Positions 40,157-48,239 of a DNA stretch of 64,000 nt are shown here, piece by piece. This DNA is from Candidatus Oxydemutator sp. (GTDB lineage: Bacteria; Pseudomonadota; Gammaproteobacteria; Poriferisulfidales; Oxydemutatoraceae): contig OZ241883.1 of the NCBI GenBank assembly GCA_965203445.1, forward strand, positions 128,001-192,000, given 5' to 3'. Both the position numbers and the translations under genes were made by a program. Each line of letters starts with the position of its first letter. Positions within the stretch are counted from its first letter, which is position 1. The notes beneath the pieces are model-generated. The model saw nothing but the letters and a program-made list of their open reading frames with translations, did not search any database and was not told the origin of the DNA.

Positions 40157-41452
40157 TCAACGACGACCCGGCCATTCCAGCAGAACCACTTCTTCGCGCA
40201 GTTGCTCGCCGGTCACCGTCGACGTCCTGGTGCGAAACAAGTCAATGCCGATGACTTTGTAGTGCAATGATTGGGCCAAATCGGCAAGAAGTCGGCCGGT
40301 GCGAATCATGACCCGCAGATAAGACGCCTGGTCGCCCACCACGTAGGCGAGCCTCGCGCCTGGTTTCAGGGCCGGACGCAAGGACGCAAGATGCCGCAGC
40401 ATGCCGCCAAAATACAGCTGGGTAACACGCGGATACAGGCGCTCAAAGCCGGAGGTCTTGCCCAGCTCGAGGCGGCGCCTCTCGATGGCATCGGCAATTT
40501 TCCGTATCTCGGCGTTGTCCGCCACCTCACGATCGTCCACGTCGGATTTGTACACTCCTCTGGTATTGGATCTGACCAGGTCTTGTTTCAGCGACCGTAA
40601 TTCCCGCCTGCTGCGGATGAATCCAAGAACGACGGATTCCAACCGCGTCGTACGCGTATAATCTTTCTCATTCGGATACGGCGGAGACGTAATCACAACG
40701 TCAATGGATCCCGGTGCAAGCACCGCACCGGTTTCCCGGGCATCGGCCTTGACCACCCGAACGGGCACGCCGGCCCGGTCGGCGCTACGGCCGACGTCGC
40801 CGGCGATTGCCCGCATGCCGTCGAACCACGTCCCGACGACCGGGGCATCTTCCTTGATCCGGCCAACCCCCACTTCCGGCCCGAATTTCAAATTGCCGAT
40901 ATGCCGCACAAGAGCGTTCGCAAGCGCGAGCCGTCCATACCGCCGCTCGCGATGCCCGCCATGCCGGTCAATGGCATCGAGTAGCACCAACGTTTTGTGC
41001 AGCGGCAGCGGACTGATGGAATTCTTCAGCAACAGTTTCGACCGTTCGGGCGGGAGCACACGAAGCGGATTGCGGATGACCCGCCGCCGCAGGGCGCTTT
41101 TTGCCGCCGCCGCGACGGTTTCAGCGTAGTCCGTAAGCTTGGCGCAGTCAGCCGACCAGTCAACCTTTACCGTGCTTGCGAAATGCGCGACGGGGTTTGA
41201 TTCCATCCCGATGCTCCCGATGCCGAGTTTCTTGCACGCAACCAGGGTGGTGCCGGTTCCACAGAATGGATCGAGAACCGTAGCGGCGGAACCGGCCACA
41301 AACCGGTCCACGTAGTCATGCACCAGATGCGGTGGAAAAGACAAAACGAAACGATACCAGTCGTGGACGGCGCGGTCCTCGGAACGCAACCTGTTCCGGT
41401 TGGCTTGAGCGGCGACGGGGAGGGTCTCGGCCAACGTCGGTTTCCTATGCAT
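40157..41452 (-). CDS. DNA amino-methyltransferase, probably N4-cytosine
   Basis: VLDPFCGTGTT (motif I) and ITSPPY (motif IV, SPPY type). Confidence 0.88.
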   Translation of the reverse strand: MHRKPTLAETLPVAAQANRNRLRSEDRAVHDWYRFVLSFPPHLVHDYVDRFVAGSAATVLDPFCGTGTTLVACKKLGIGSIGMESNPVAHFASTVKVDWSADCAKLTDYAETVAAAAKSALRRRVIRNPLRVLPPERSKLLLKNSISPLPLHKTLVLLDAIDRHGGHRERRYGRLALANALVRHIGNLKFGPEVGVGRIKEDAPVVGTWFDGMRAIAGDVGRSADRAGVPVRVVKADARETGAVLAPGSIDVVITSPPYPNEKDYTRTTRLESVVLGFIRSRRELRSLKQDLVRSNTRGVYKSDVDDREVADNAEIRKIADAIERRRLELGKTSGFERLYPRVTQLYFGGMLRHLASLRPALKPGARLAYVVGDQASYLRVMIRTGRLLADLAQSLHYKVIGIDLFRTRTSTVTGEQLREEVVLLEWPGRR

Positions 41453-41676
41453 CGGTATCGAGCAAATATGCGCCGGCAAGAGGGGGGACGGCCGGTCGGA
41501 GCGCAAGGAGCAGCATAGCGGTAATGAAGTATGCGCGAACATGGTCGCAGAGTAAAGGCCTTATAGGGCGCTATCTGCGAGCACCTCGGGGGCGCAGGCA
41601 TACGGATGATTATCGCTTGAGGAAACATTGATCGGCACCGATATAGTAGCGTACCAAGTCTGCTATAATCGCTCTC

Positions 41677-42105
41677 ATGGCAGTTACGGCACAACATTTC
41701 GACACCCTCAGGGCGGCGGAAGAATTAGAAACCGCCGGGCTTCCGGCGCCCGCGGCCAAGGCCATCAGCATGGTCATTGATCGCAGCCGGGAGAGCGGTG
41801 TGCGTGAGAGCAGGATCGAAAAGATCGAGAACGATATATTGATACTCAACGACAAGGTGGAGAGACTTGATAACAAGGTAGAGAAACTTGATAGCAAGAT
41901 AGAGAAACTCGACGGCAGGGTAGGGAGACTTGAAACCAAGGTGGAGAGACTTGACAGCAAGGTGGAGAGACTTGATAGTAAGATAGAGCAACTTGACGGC
42001 AAGATGGAGAAACGGATTACGGAACTCGAAACTCAGTTGATCAAGTGGACGGTGGCGGTTGGTGCCGTTGTCACCGCCGTGATCAGTGTGGTCGTAAAAC
42101 TGTAG
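41677..42105 (+). CDS. CCDC90/DUF1640-like coiled-coil membrane-anchored protein
   Basis: HFDTLRAAEELETAGL head, about 7 heptads KVERLDS encoded by 21-bp tandem repeats, C-terminal TM segment. Confidence 0.85.
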   Translation: MAVTAQHFDTLRAAEELETAGLPAPAAKAISMVIDRSRESGVRESRIEKIENDILILNDKVERLDNKVEKLDSKIEKLDGRVGRLETKVERLDSKVERLDSKIEQLDGKMEKRITELETQLIKWTVAVGAVVTAVISVVVKL

Positions 42106-42395
42106 GTTTGTTTCGCGTCTGGACGAGGGATAATCCCGACGTCCCCTCAATCATTGTCAGCGAAGGACGGGTTACGCCCCGCCTGACAATCTCCGCTTAT
42201 ATTCAGCCGAGTCCTCGCCGACCACGGCCACGCGCGGCGTCGGATGGAGATTGCAGTATCGCCGCGTCATAGATACCGCAGACGCCGCGCCCGGCGTAAC
42301 CAGGCTCAAGTAAAGATGCAAGCAGCCAGGACGCTCCTCGCCCGTGCCAACGGCAACGGGCGGATACAGATACTGAAAAGCCCGCCAACAAATGC

Positions 42396-42656
42396 TCAAA
42401 CGCGATCGTCAACCGCGACTATGCTCAAAAGTTCCCTGTTTCTCAGAAGCTCCCAAAATTTTTCAGCAGCCCCCGCAGGCATCTTAGTCTCGAGCACTTC
42501 GGGATATATCAGGGTAGACATGACCAGCTTAAAAGAACCGCTATTCAGACTTTGTACAACCGATCTTATTCTCTGAATTCTGCTTGTATCTTCATTATCC
42601 CCCTTGATCCAGCTGATGAAAAACGACGAATCCCAACAAATCAAATCCTGCTTCAT
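42396..42656 (-). pseudogene. PIN-domain (VapC-like) nuclease, C-terminally truncated
   Basis: CWDSSFFISW and STLIYPEV PIN motifs; stop after 86 aa with the conserved C-terminal Asp motif absent. Confidence 0.65.
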
Positions 42657-43477
42657 TGTGGACCCTTGTTCCAGGCATTGCGCGATTCTTTTACAAATTC
42701 TTCCGTAGTCTTGTCCCCGGTCGCCTCGGGGGCCACTCCATACAAATCCTCCAAAGACGGAAGTCTTTCGCTTGGGGGCAAAACGGACATCTCACGCACG
42801 TCTATCTTGTAAGGAAATGGCGCCTCGGGACGATACCAGCACTCACCAGAAACGGAAACAAACTTCCCTAGAGAGTTCTGCACTTTCCCCAGCAAATCCT
42901 GTGGAAATTTGCACCTCACGGAAAAGACGGCCGGCAAGGACGCATAAATCTTGAACGTGTTCGCTCCGTTGTGGATATTGATTTGCTCAAGCTTCCCGTC
43001 AATGGTATTGATGACCGTTCGCTCGTCGCTTCGAACCCTTCGCAATTTCTCGTTAAAGCGGTCATCCAACTTGTAAATGGCCGGCTCTTCACGAACTCCG
43101 CCTATGGTTCGTATTTCAGCACGGGCCACCTTATCAGGACTTAATTTTGCCAGTTTCTCAAGAGCAGAAAGAGAGTCATCAGAAAGACCCCGGCCTTCAC
43201 ACTTCTGTACCGAATCGAAGATTTTATTGATGTGGCTAAAGGTGGCGTTATCAACGAGACGACGCGTATCACTGAATCTTGTCTCGCACACTATTGTCGC
43301 CGGACTGGAGTGAGAAAGCTTTACGACGTGGAACGTAACTCGTTTGTCGCTGTCTTTTACACGGCTTTTCAAAGTGTCCAGAAATTGCCCGACTTTTTCG
43401 GCGAAAACGGACAACTCCAAATGATTGCCGTTTGCCTCCGGGCCTTCAAGGATGAAAGCAATTTTCTGCTCTGCCAT
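42653..43477 (-). CDS. hypothetical protein coupled to the PIN gene (possible antitoxin/partner)
   Basis: 274-aa ORF whose stop overlaps the PIN ATG; low GC. Confidence 0.75.
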   Translation of the reverse strand: MAEQKIAFILEGPEANGNHLELSVFAEKVGQFLDTLKSRVKDSDKRVTFHVVKLSHSSPATIVCETRFSDTRRLVDNATFSHINKIFDSVQKCEGRGLSDDSLSALEKLAKLSPDKVARAEIRTIGGVREEPAIYKLDDRFNEKLRRVRSDERTVINTIDGKLEQINIHNGANTFKIYASLPAVFSVRCKFPQDLLGKVQNSLGKFVSVSGECWYRPEAPFPYKIDVREMSVLPPSERLPSLEDLYGVAPEATGDKTTEEFVKESRNAWNKGPQ

Positions 43478-43636
43478 GGGCGGATGATTCTATCAAAAAT
43501 ACAGCCACCGACAACCGCCCGGTTGTCTGGTTGACAGCGTAACCCTTTGTTGCAAAGACCGCCATAGAGAGATATATCGGATCGCGCCCCCGCCCAATCC
43601 GGCCTCGCCGGATTTTCGCTACAATGGACGCGGACG

Positions 43637-45475
43637 ATGAGCAAAACTTCACTGCCAGACGAGCGCTTCGACGCGGCGAACTTCACGGACACCCTGCCGC
43701 GGGAACCCGGCGTCTATCGCATGCTCGACGCCGACGGCGCGATACTCTACGTCGGCAAGGCCAAAGACCTGAAGAAAAGAGTCTCGGCCTATTTCCGCAG
43801 GCGCGGCCTGAGCCCGAAGACGCGCCGCCTGATGGAGCGCGTCGCCGACGTCGGCGTCGCGGTCACACGCTCCGAGGCCGAGGCGCTGTTGCTCGAGAAC
43901 AACCTGATCAAAAAGCACCGTCCGCGCTACAACGTGCTGCTGCGCGACGACAAAAGCTACCCCTACATCTACGTCTCGGAACAAGACGAGTTCCCGCGCA
44001 TCGGCTTCTACCGCGGCGCGCGCAAGGCGCCGGGACGCTACTTCGGCCCCTATCCGAACGCGGCCGCGGTGCGCCAGACGCTGAACCTGCTGCAAAAACT
44101 GTTCCGGCTGCGTCCATGTCAGGATTCGTTCTTCCGCAACCGCACGCGCCCGTGCCTGCAATACCAGATCAAGCGTTGCAGCGCGCCGTGCGTCGGCCTC
44201 ATCGGCGAAGACGACTACCGCGCCGACCTGGCGCTTGCGACCGAGTTCCTGTCCGGCAACAGCCGCAAGATCATCGAGACGCTGATCGCGCGCATGGACG
44301 ACGCCGCGCGCGAGACGCGCTACGAGGACGCGATCCGCTACCGCGACCAGATCGCGCTGCTGCGCCAGGTCGCCGAGCAGCAGTCGGTCAGCAGCGACGG
44401 CGGCGACAGCGACGTCATCGCCTGCCACCTGCAAGGCGGCTTCGCGTGCGTGCAGGTGTTCAACGTGCGCGGCGGCGTCAACATCGGCAACAACGCGTTC
44501 TACCCGATCCTGCCCGACGACGAGATCGGCGCGGCGGCGCTGCTGACCGCGTTCGCCGGCCAGTACTATCTGACCCACGAGGTGCCCGGCGAGATCGTGT
44601 GCAGCCACGCGCCCGACGACGCCAAAGCACTCACCGAGATGCTGTCGGACAAGGCGCGGCGCAAGGTCGCGCTGACCACCGCGCCGCGCGGCAAAAAGCG
44701 GCTGTGTCTTGCGACCGCGCGCAACAATGCCGAAATCGCGCTGCACTCGAGACTGGCGTCGCGCGCCGGAATGCGCCGGCGTTTGCAGGCGCTGCAAGAG
44801 GCGCTCGACCTGCCGACGCTGCCGACGCGCATGGAGTGTTTCGACATCAGCCACACGATGGGAGAAAGACCGGTGGCCGCGTGCGTGGTGTTCAACCAGG
44901 AAGGGGCGGCGAAGCAGGAATACCGCCGCTTCAACGTCGACAACGTCGCCGCCGGCGACGACTACGCCGCGCTGCGCCAGGCCATCGAGCGCCGCTACCG
45001 CCGTCTCAAGCGCGGCGAAGCGCGACTGCCCGACGTGCTGTTCATAGACGGCGGCAAGGGACAGGTCAACCAGGCCAGGGCGGTGCTGAGCGAACTTGCG
45101 ATCACCGGCGTCGAGGTCATCGGCGTCGCCAAGGGCGAGGCGCGCAAGGCCGGGCTGGAAACCATCGTCTACGGCGATTACGGCGAGACCACCAGACTCA
45201 GGCCCGATTCCACGGCGCTGCATCTGATCCAGCAGGTACGCGACGAGGCGCACCGCTTTGCGATCACGGGCCACCGCCGGCGCCGCAACAAGGCGCGGCG
45301 GCGGTCGCCGTTGGAAGACATCGCCGGCCTGGGCCCGAAGCGCCGCCGGCAGCTGTTGCGCTACTTCGGCGGGGCGCAAGGCGTCGCACGCGCCAGCACC
45401 GACGAACTCGGCAAAGTGCCCGGCATCAGCCGCCGTCTCGCGGCGTCCATCTACGAGACCCTGCACGGCCAATGA
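43637..45475 (+). CDS. uvrC: excinuclease ABC subunit C
   Basis: PGVYRM..LYVGKAKDLKKRV GIY-YIG, ECFDISH, IDGGKGQ and RDEAHRFAI motifs. Confidence 0.98.
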   Translation: MSKTSLPDERFDAANFTDTLPREPGVYRMLDADGAILYVGKAKDLKKRVSAYFRRRGLSPKTRRLMERVADVGVAVTRSEAEALLLENNLIKKHRPRYNVLLRDDKSYPYIYVSEQDEFPRIGFYRGARKAPGRYFGPYPNAAAVRQTLNLLQKLFRLRPCQDSFFRNRTRPCLQYQIKRCSAPCVGLIGEDDYRADLALATEFLSGNSRKIIETLIARMDDAARETRYEDAIRYRDQIALLRQVAEQQSVSSDGGDSDVIACHLQGGFACVQVFNVRGGVNIGNNAFYPILPDDEIGAAALLTAFAGQYYLTHEVPGEIVCSHAPDDAKALTEMLSDKARRKVALTTAPRGKKRLCLATARNNAEIALHSRLASRAGMRRRLQALQEALDLPTLPTRMECFDISHTMGERPVAACVVFNQEGAAKQEYRRFNVDNVAAGDDYAALRQAIERRYRRLKRGEARLPDVLFIDGGKGQVNQARAVLSELAITGVEVIGVAKGEARKAGLETIVYGDYGETTRLRPDSTALHLIQQVRDEAHRFAITGHRRRRNKARRRSPLEDIAGLGPKRRRQLLRYFGGAQGVARASTDELGKVPGISRRLAASIYETLHGQ

Positions 45476-46029
45476 TGCACCCGGCGGCATTGCCGAACTT
45501 CCTGACCATGCTGCGCGTGCTGCTGACGCCGGTGTTGGTCGTGCTGTTCCACCTGCCGTGGGCGTGGAGCGGCGCGGCCTGCGCCGGCGCCTTCGTGCTG
45601 GCGACGTTGACCGACGCGCTCGACGGCTGGATCGCGCGCCGCCTAAGGCAGGAGACGCGCTTCGGCGCCTTTTTGGATCCGGTCGCCGACAAGCTGATCG
45701 TCAGCGCCGCGCTGGTCATGATTGTAAGCCGCGATCAATCGCTGATAATCACGGCCCCGGCGATGATCGTGATCGGGCGCGAGATCGCGGTGTCCGCGCT
45801 GCGCGAGTGGATGGCGCAGCTCGGTCAGCGTAAACTGATAGACGTATCCCAACTCGGCAAAGTCAAGACCGCGGCACAGATGGTGGCGATCAGCCTGCTG
45901 CTCTACAACGAGCCGCTCCTCGGCCTCGATACCAGGCAGGCAGGCCTGGTGCTGCTCTACGTCGCCGCGATCCTGACGCTGGTCTCCATGACCGCGTACC
46001 TGCAGACCGCTTGGCGGCACCTGCGATAA
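45472..46029 (+). CDS. pgsA: CDP-diacylglycerol--glycerol-3-phosphate 3-phosphatidyltransferase
   Basis: TDALDGWIARR...FGAFLDPVADK motif; follows uvrC. Confidence 0.96.
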   Translation: MMHPAALPNFLTMLRVLLTPVLVVLFHLPWAWSGAACAGAFVLATLTDALDGWIARRLRQETRFGAFLDPVADKLIVSAALVMIVSRDQSLIITAPAMIVIGREIAVSALREWMAQLGQRKLIDVSQLGKVKTAAQMVAISLLLYNEPLLGLDTRQAGLVLLYVAAILTLVSMTAYLQTAWRHLR

Positions 46030-46123
46030 CGGTCGGGTTTGCGGCGCCGGGAGGCGCAAAGCGATTCGTCGGGAAAAGACCGGGAGCCTCGCTCGCGCGC
46101 ATAGGCCCGGCGCAACGGAGCGC

Positions 46124-46199
46124 TGGAGCGGGAAACGGGGTTCGAACCCGCGACCTCAACCTTGGCAAGGTTGCGCTCTACCAACTGAGCTATTCCCGC
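46124..46199 (-). tRNA. tRNA-Gly(GCC)
   Basis: Reverse complement GCGGGAATAGCTCAGTTGGTAGAGCGCAACCTTGCCAAGGTTGAGGTCGCGGGTTCGAACCCCGTTTCCCGCTCCA. Confidence 0.97.
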
Positions 46200-46462
46200 G
46201 CCACTTTCGCGGGCGCCATTTTCCACCAACGCCGCCACTCAGTCAACACGATGTACGGCTGCTTCGGGAACGCCCGCGGGGGCGTTCCCTTACCTTTCAG
46301 GGGCGCTCATGGGGCGTTTCCTCGCCTCGGGTTGCTATCAGGCGAGAGGGTGACTCCGCGTCGCACTCGAAGTGCGTGCCACCTGCATTCGGATAAGGTG
46401 CTGCGGCTGACCCCGAATGCGCCTTGGGTTGCAGACAAGCCGTGTTTGTCCCAGAATAGTAG

Positions 46463-47774
46463 GGGAATTATATATCTAAATCTACAGAATAGTGGTGAAG
46501 TACTTGATTTTCTATAGGAATATGGTATGATGTTTTGTGATGAAAGTCCATAGAACAATCCGGTATAGGTTGCATCCTGGTACGCAGGCCAAAGCCCGCA
46601 AGTTGGCGGGATTGGCGGGGGCGTGCAGGTTTGTATGGAATCATTTCGTAGGGAAGTTAAGGGACGAATATCTGGCATATGGATGCTGTAAGCCTTGGTA
46701 TTTTACATTGGGCAAGCAGTTCACTCTGTTACGTCGCCACTGTGAACCCTGGTTGCAGGAATACTCGGCCAACATAGTAAAGGCATCTTTGAAACAGTTG
46801 GAAACGACGTACAAGCAGTTTTATAAGAAAGAGGGCGGATTGCCGAGGTTCCATGCAAAATATATGCATCCCGATAGTTTTCCCTTGGTGACGGGGACGT
46901 TCCATCTGAAAGGCCGTTACTTGCACATCGCCAAGATAGGCGAGGTGCTGTTGCTTGGCCACTATCCCTATCCGGACGGCGTGCCGAAGTCCGGCGCGGT
47001 CAAGCGGGAATGCGGCAGGTGGTATGCGTATATCACGTATGAAGTGGAACAATCCGAAGCATTGAAACCTGTAAGAGAAGTCGGCATAGACCGCAACGTC
47101 GGTCAGGTAACATTATCCGACGGGACGATGTATCGTATGCCGGATACGGCAAAACATGAACGTCGCGTCAGGCGTTATCAGAAGAAGATGGCCAGGCGAC
47201 AGGGGCCGAACCGCAAGAAAGGGATCAAGGCGTCGAACCGGTGGAAGCGCGCACAGTTGCTTCATCAGAAGGCACAGGCCACGTTGCGACACGTCAGACG
47301 GAATTGGTGCCATGGCGTATCGAGGGAAGTGGCCGATAAATACTCCCTTGTGCACCTGGAGCAGTTGAACAATCCAGGGATGACAAGAAGCGTCAAGGGA
47401 ACAAAGGAGAAACCCGGAACCAACGTTCGCGCGAAGAGCGGCTTGAACCGCGTGATCCTGGCGTCATGCTGGGGCAAGTTTCACCAGTGCCTGGACTACA
47501 AGACGAATACGAATTACATAAACCCTGCATACACAAGTCAGACATGCAATAAATGCGGGAACGTAGATAAAGAAAACAGAAAGACGCAGGCGGCGTTTAT
47601 TTGCACCGCTTGCGGTCATCGGGACAATGCGGATGTAAATGCCACATCGAATATATTGGCCTTCGGGAATGGGGCTACTGGACGTGGAGGCGGCGAGGTT
47701 ACTCGGCCTGTGAAGCGTCAAATGGATACCAGAAATCAACAAGAAAGTCTTGTAGATTTAGGTATATAATTCCC
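46463..47774 (+). mobile_element. non-autonomous tnpB cassette with 24-bp TIRs and 8-bp TSD (IS1595-family-like ends)
   Basis: Left TIR GGGAATTATATATCTAAATCTACA (46463-46486) vs right TIR reverse complement GGGAATTATATACCTAAATCTACA (47751-47774), 23/24 identical; AATAGTAG duplicated at 46455-46462 and 47775-47782. Confidence 0.9.
46537..47769 (+). CDS. tnpB: TnpB RNA-guided endonuclease
   Basis: N-terminal YRLHP..GACRFVWN; RuvC-I VGIDRN, RuvC-II LEQL, Zn finger CNKC..CTAC, RuvC-III NADVNA; start GTG 46537 or ATG 46540. Confidence 0.93.
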   Translation: MMKVHRTIRYRLHPGTQAKARKLAGLAGACRFVWNHFVGKLRDEYLAYGCCKPWYFTLGKQFTLLRRHCEPWLQEYSANIVKASLKQLETTYKQFYKKEGGLPRFHAKYMHPDSFPLVTGTFHLKGRYLHIAKIGEVLLLGHYPYPDGVPKSGAVKRECGRWYAYITYEVEQSEALKPVREVGIDRNVGQVTLSDGTMYRMPDTAKHERRVRRYQKKMARRQGPNRKKGIKASNRWKRAQLLHQKAQATLRHVRRNWCHGVSREVADKYSLVHLEQLNNPGMTRSVKGTKEKPGTNVRAKSGLNRVILASCWGKFHQCLDYKTNTNYINPAYTSQTCNKCGNVDKENRKTQAAFICTACGHRDNADVNATSNILAFGNGATGRGGGEVTRPVKRQMDTRNQQESLVDLGI

Positions 47775-47794
47775 AATAGTAGAACATCCCATTG
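47620..47794 (+). ncRNA. predicted omegaRNA overlapping the tnpB 3' end (boundaries approximate)
   Basis: Stem-loops at about 47681-47719 and 47726-47765; TnpB omegaRNAs are known to overlap the ORF 3' end and element right end. Confidence 0.5.
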
Positions 47795-48032
47795 GCGTTC
47801 GGCGCTTGTCGCCATGGGCTTCCATACGGTTTGCACAGGAAGCTATTTTACGCAACCCTGGGACGCGGTAGCCGACGTGCTTTATCTGCACTTCGGCTAT
47901 CTTTTTGTGGCCAGGATATTGGCCAGTACGTTTCTGGCCCTATACAGAGTAATCCGCGCCGAATAGTGGTAGTCTTTGCGCCATGGGTTCGTCGCGGATT
48001 TCACAAGCCCGTGCGAGGATCACCTATACGGG

Positions 48033-48103
48033 GGCTAGTTGGCAGAGTGGTTATGCAGCGGCCTGCAAAGCCGTGTACGCCGGTTCGATTCCGGCACTAG
48101 CCT
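48033..48103 (+). tRNA. tRNA-Cys(GCA)
   Basis: GGCTAGT/ACTAGCC acceptor stem, CTGCAAA anticodon loop, GGTTCGATTCC T arm; followed by TCA rather than CCA. Confidence 0.93.
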
Positions 48104-48136
48104 TCACCCGCACCGTCGCCGGCGACGGCGAAAAAC

Positions 48137-48220
48137 GGGGACGTGGCGGAATTGGCAGACGCTTTGGACTTAAAATCCAATGGCTTGAGAGCCGTGCGGG
48201 TTCGAGTCCCGCCGTCCCCA
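48137..48220 (+). tRNA. tRNA-Leu(TAA)
   Basis: GGGGACG/CGTCCCC acceptor stem, CTTAAAA anticodon loop, long variable arm, GGTTCGAGTCC; followed by CCG. Confidence 0.93.
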
Positions 48221-48239
48221 CCGCTTCGGCGCACCGCCG

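Larger units (their letters stand above)
46252..47946 (-). mobile_element. internally deleted IS481-family remnant, split by the tnpB cassette
   Basis: 46262-46462 and 47783-47946 align collinearly with parts of 16533-16999, including the terminus CTGGCCCTATACA; left boundary uncertain. Confidence 0.75.

Noticed and set aside
41854-42003. 21-bp tandem repeats as a regulatory or CRISPR-like array
   Set aside because: They encode coiled-coil heptads within a CDS.
46537-47769. TnpB as a Cas12-type effector for the large array
   Set aside because: It lies 31 kb away inside its own mobile cassette with no adjacent repeats, and the array has a type I-E repeat with a complete Cascade operon.
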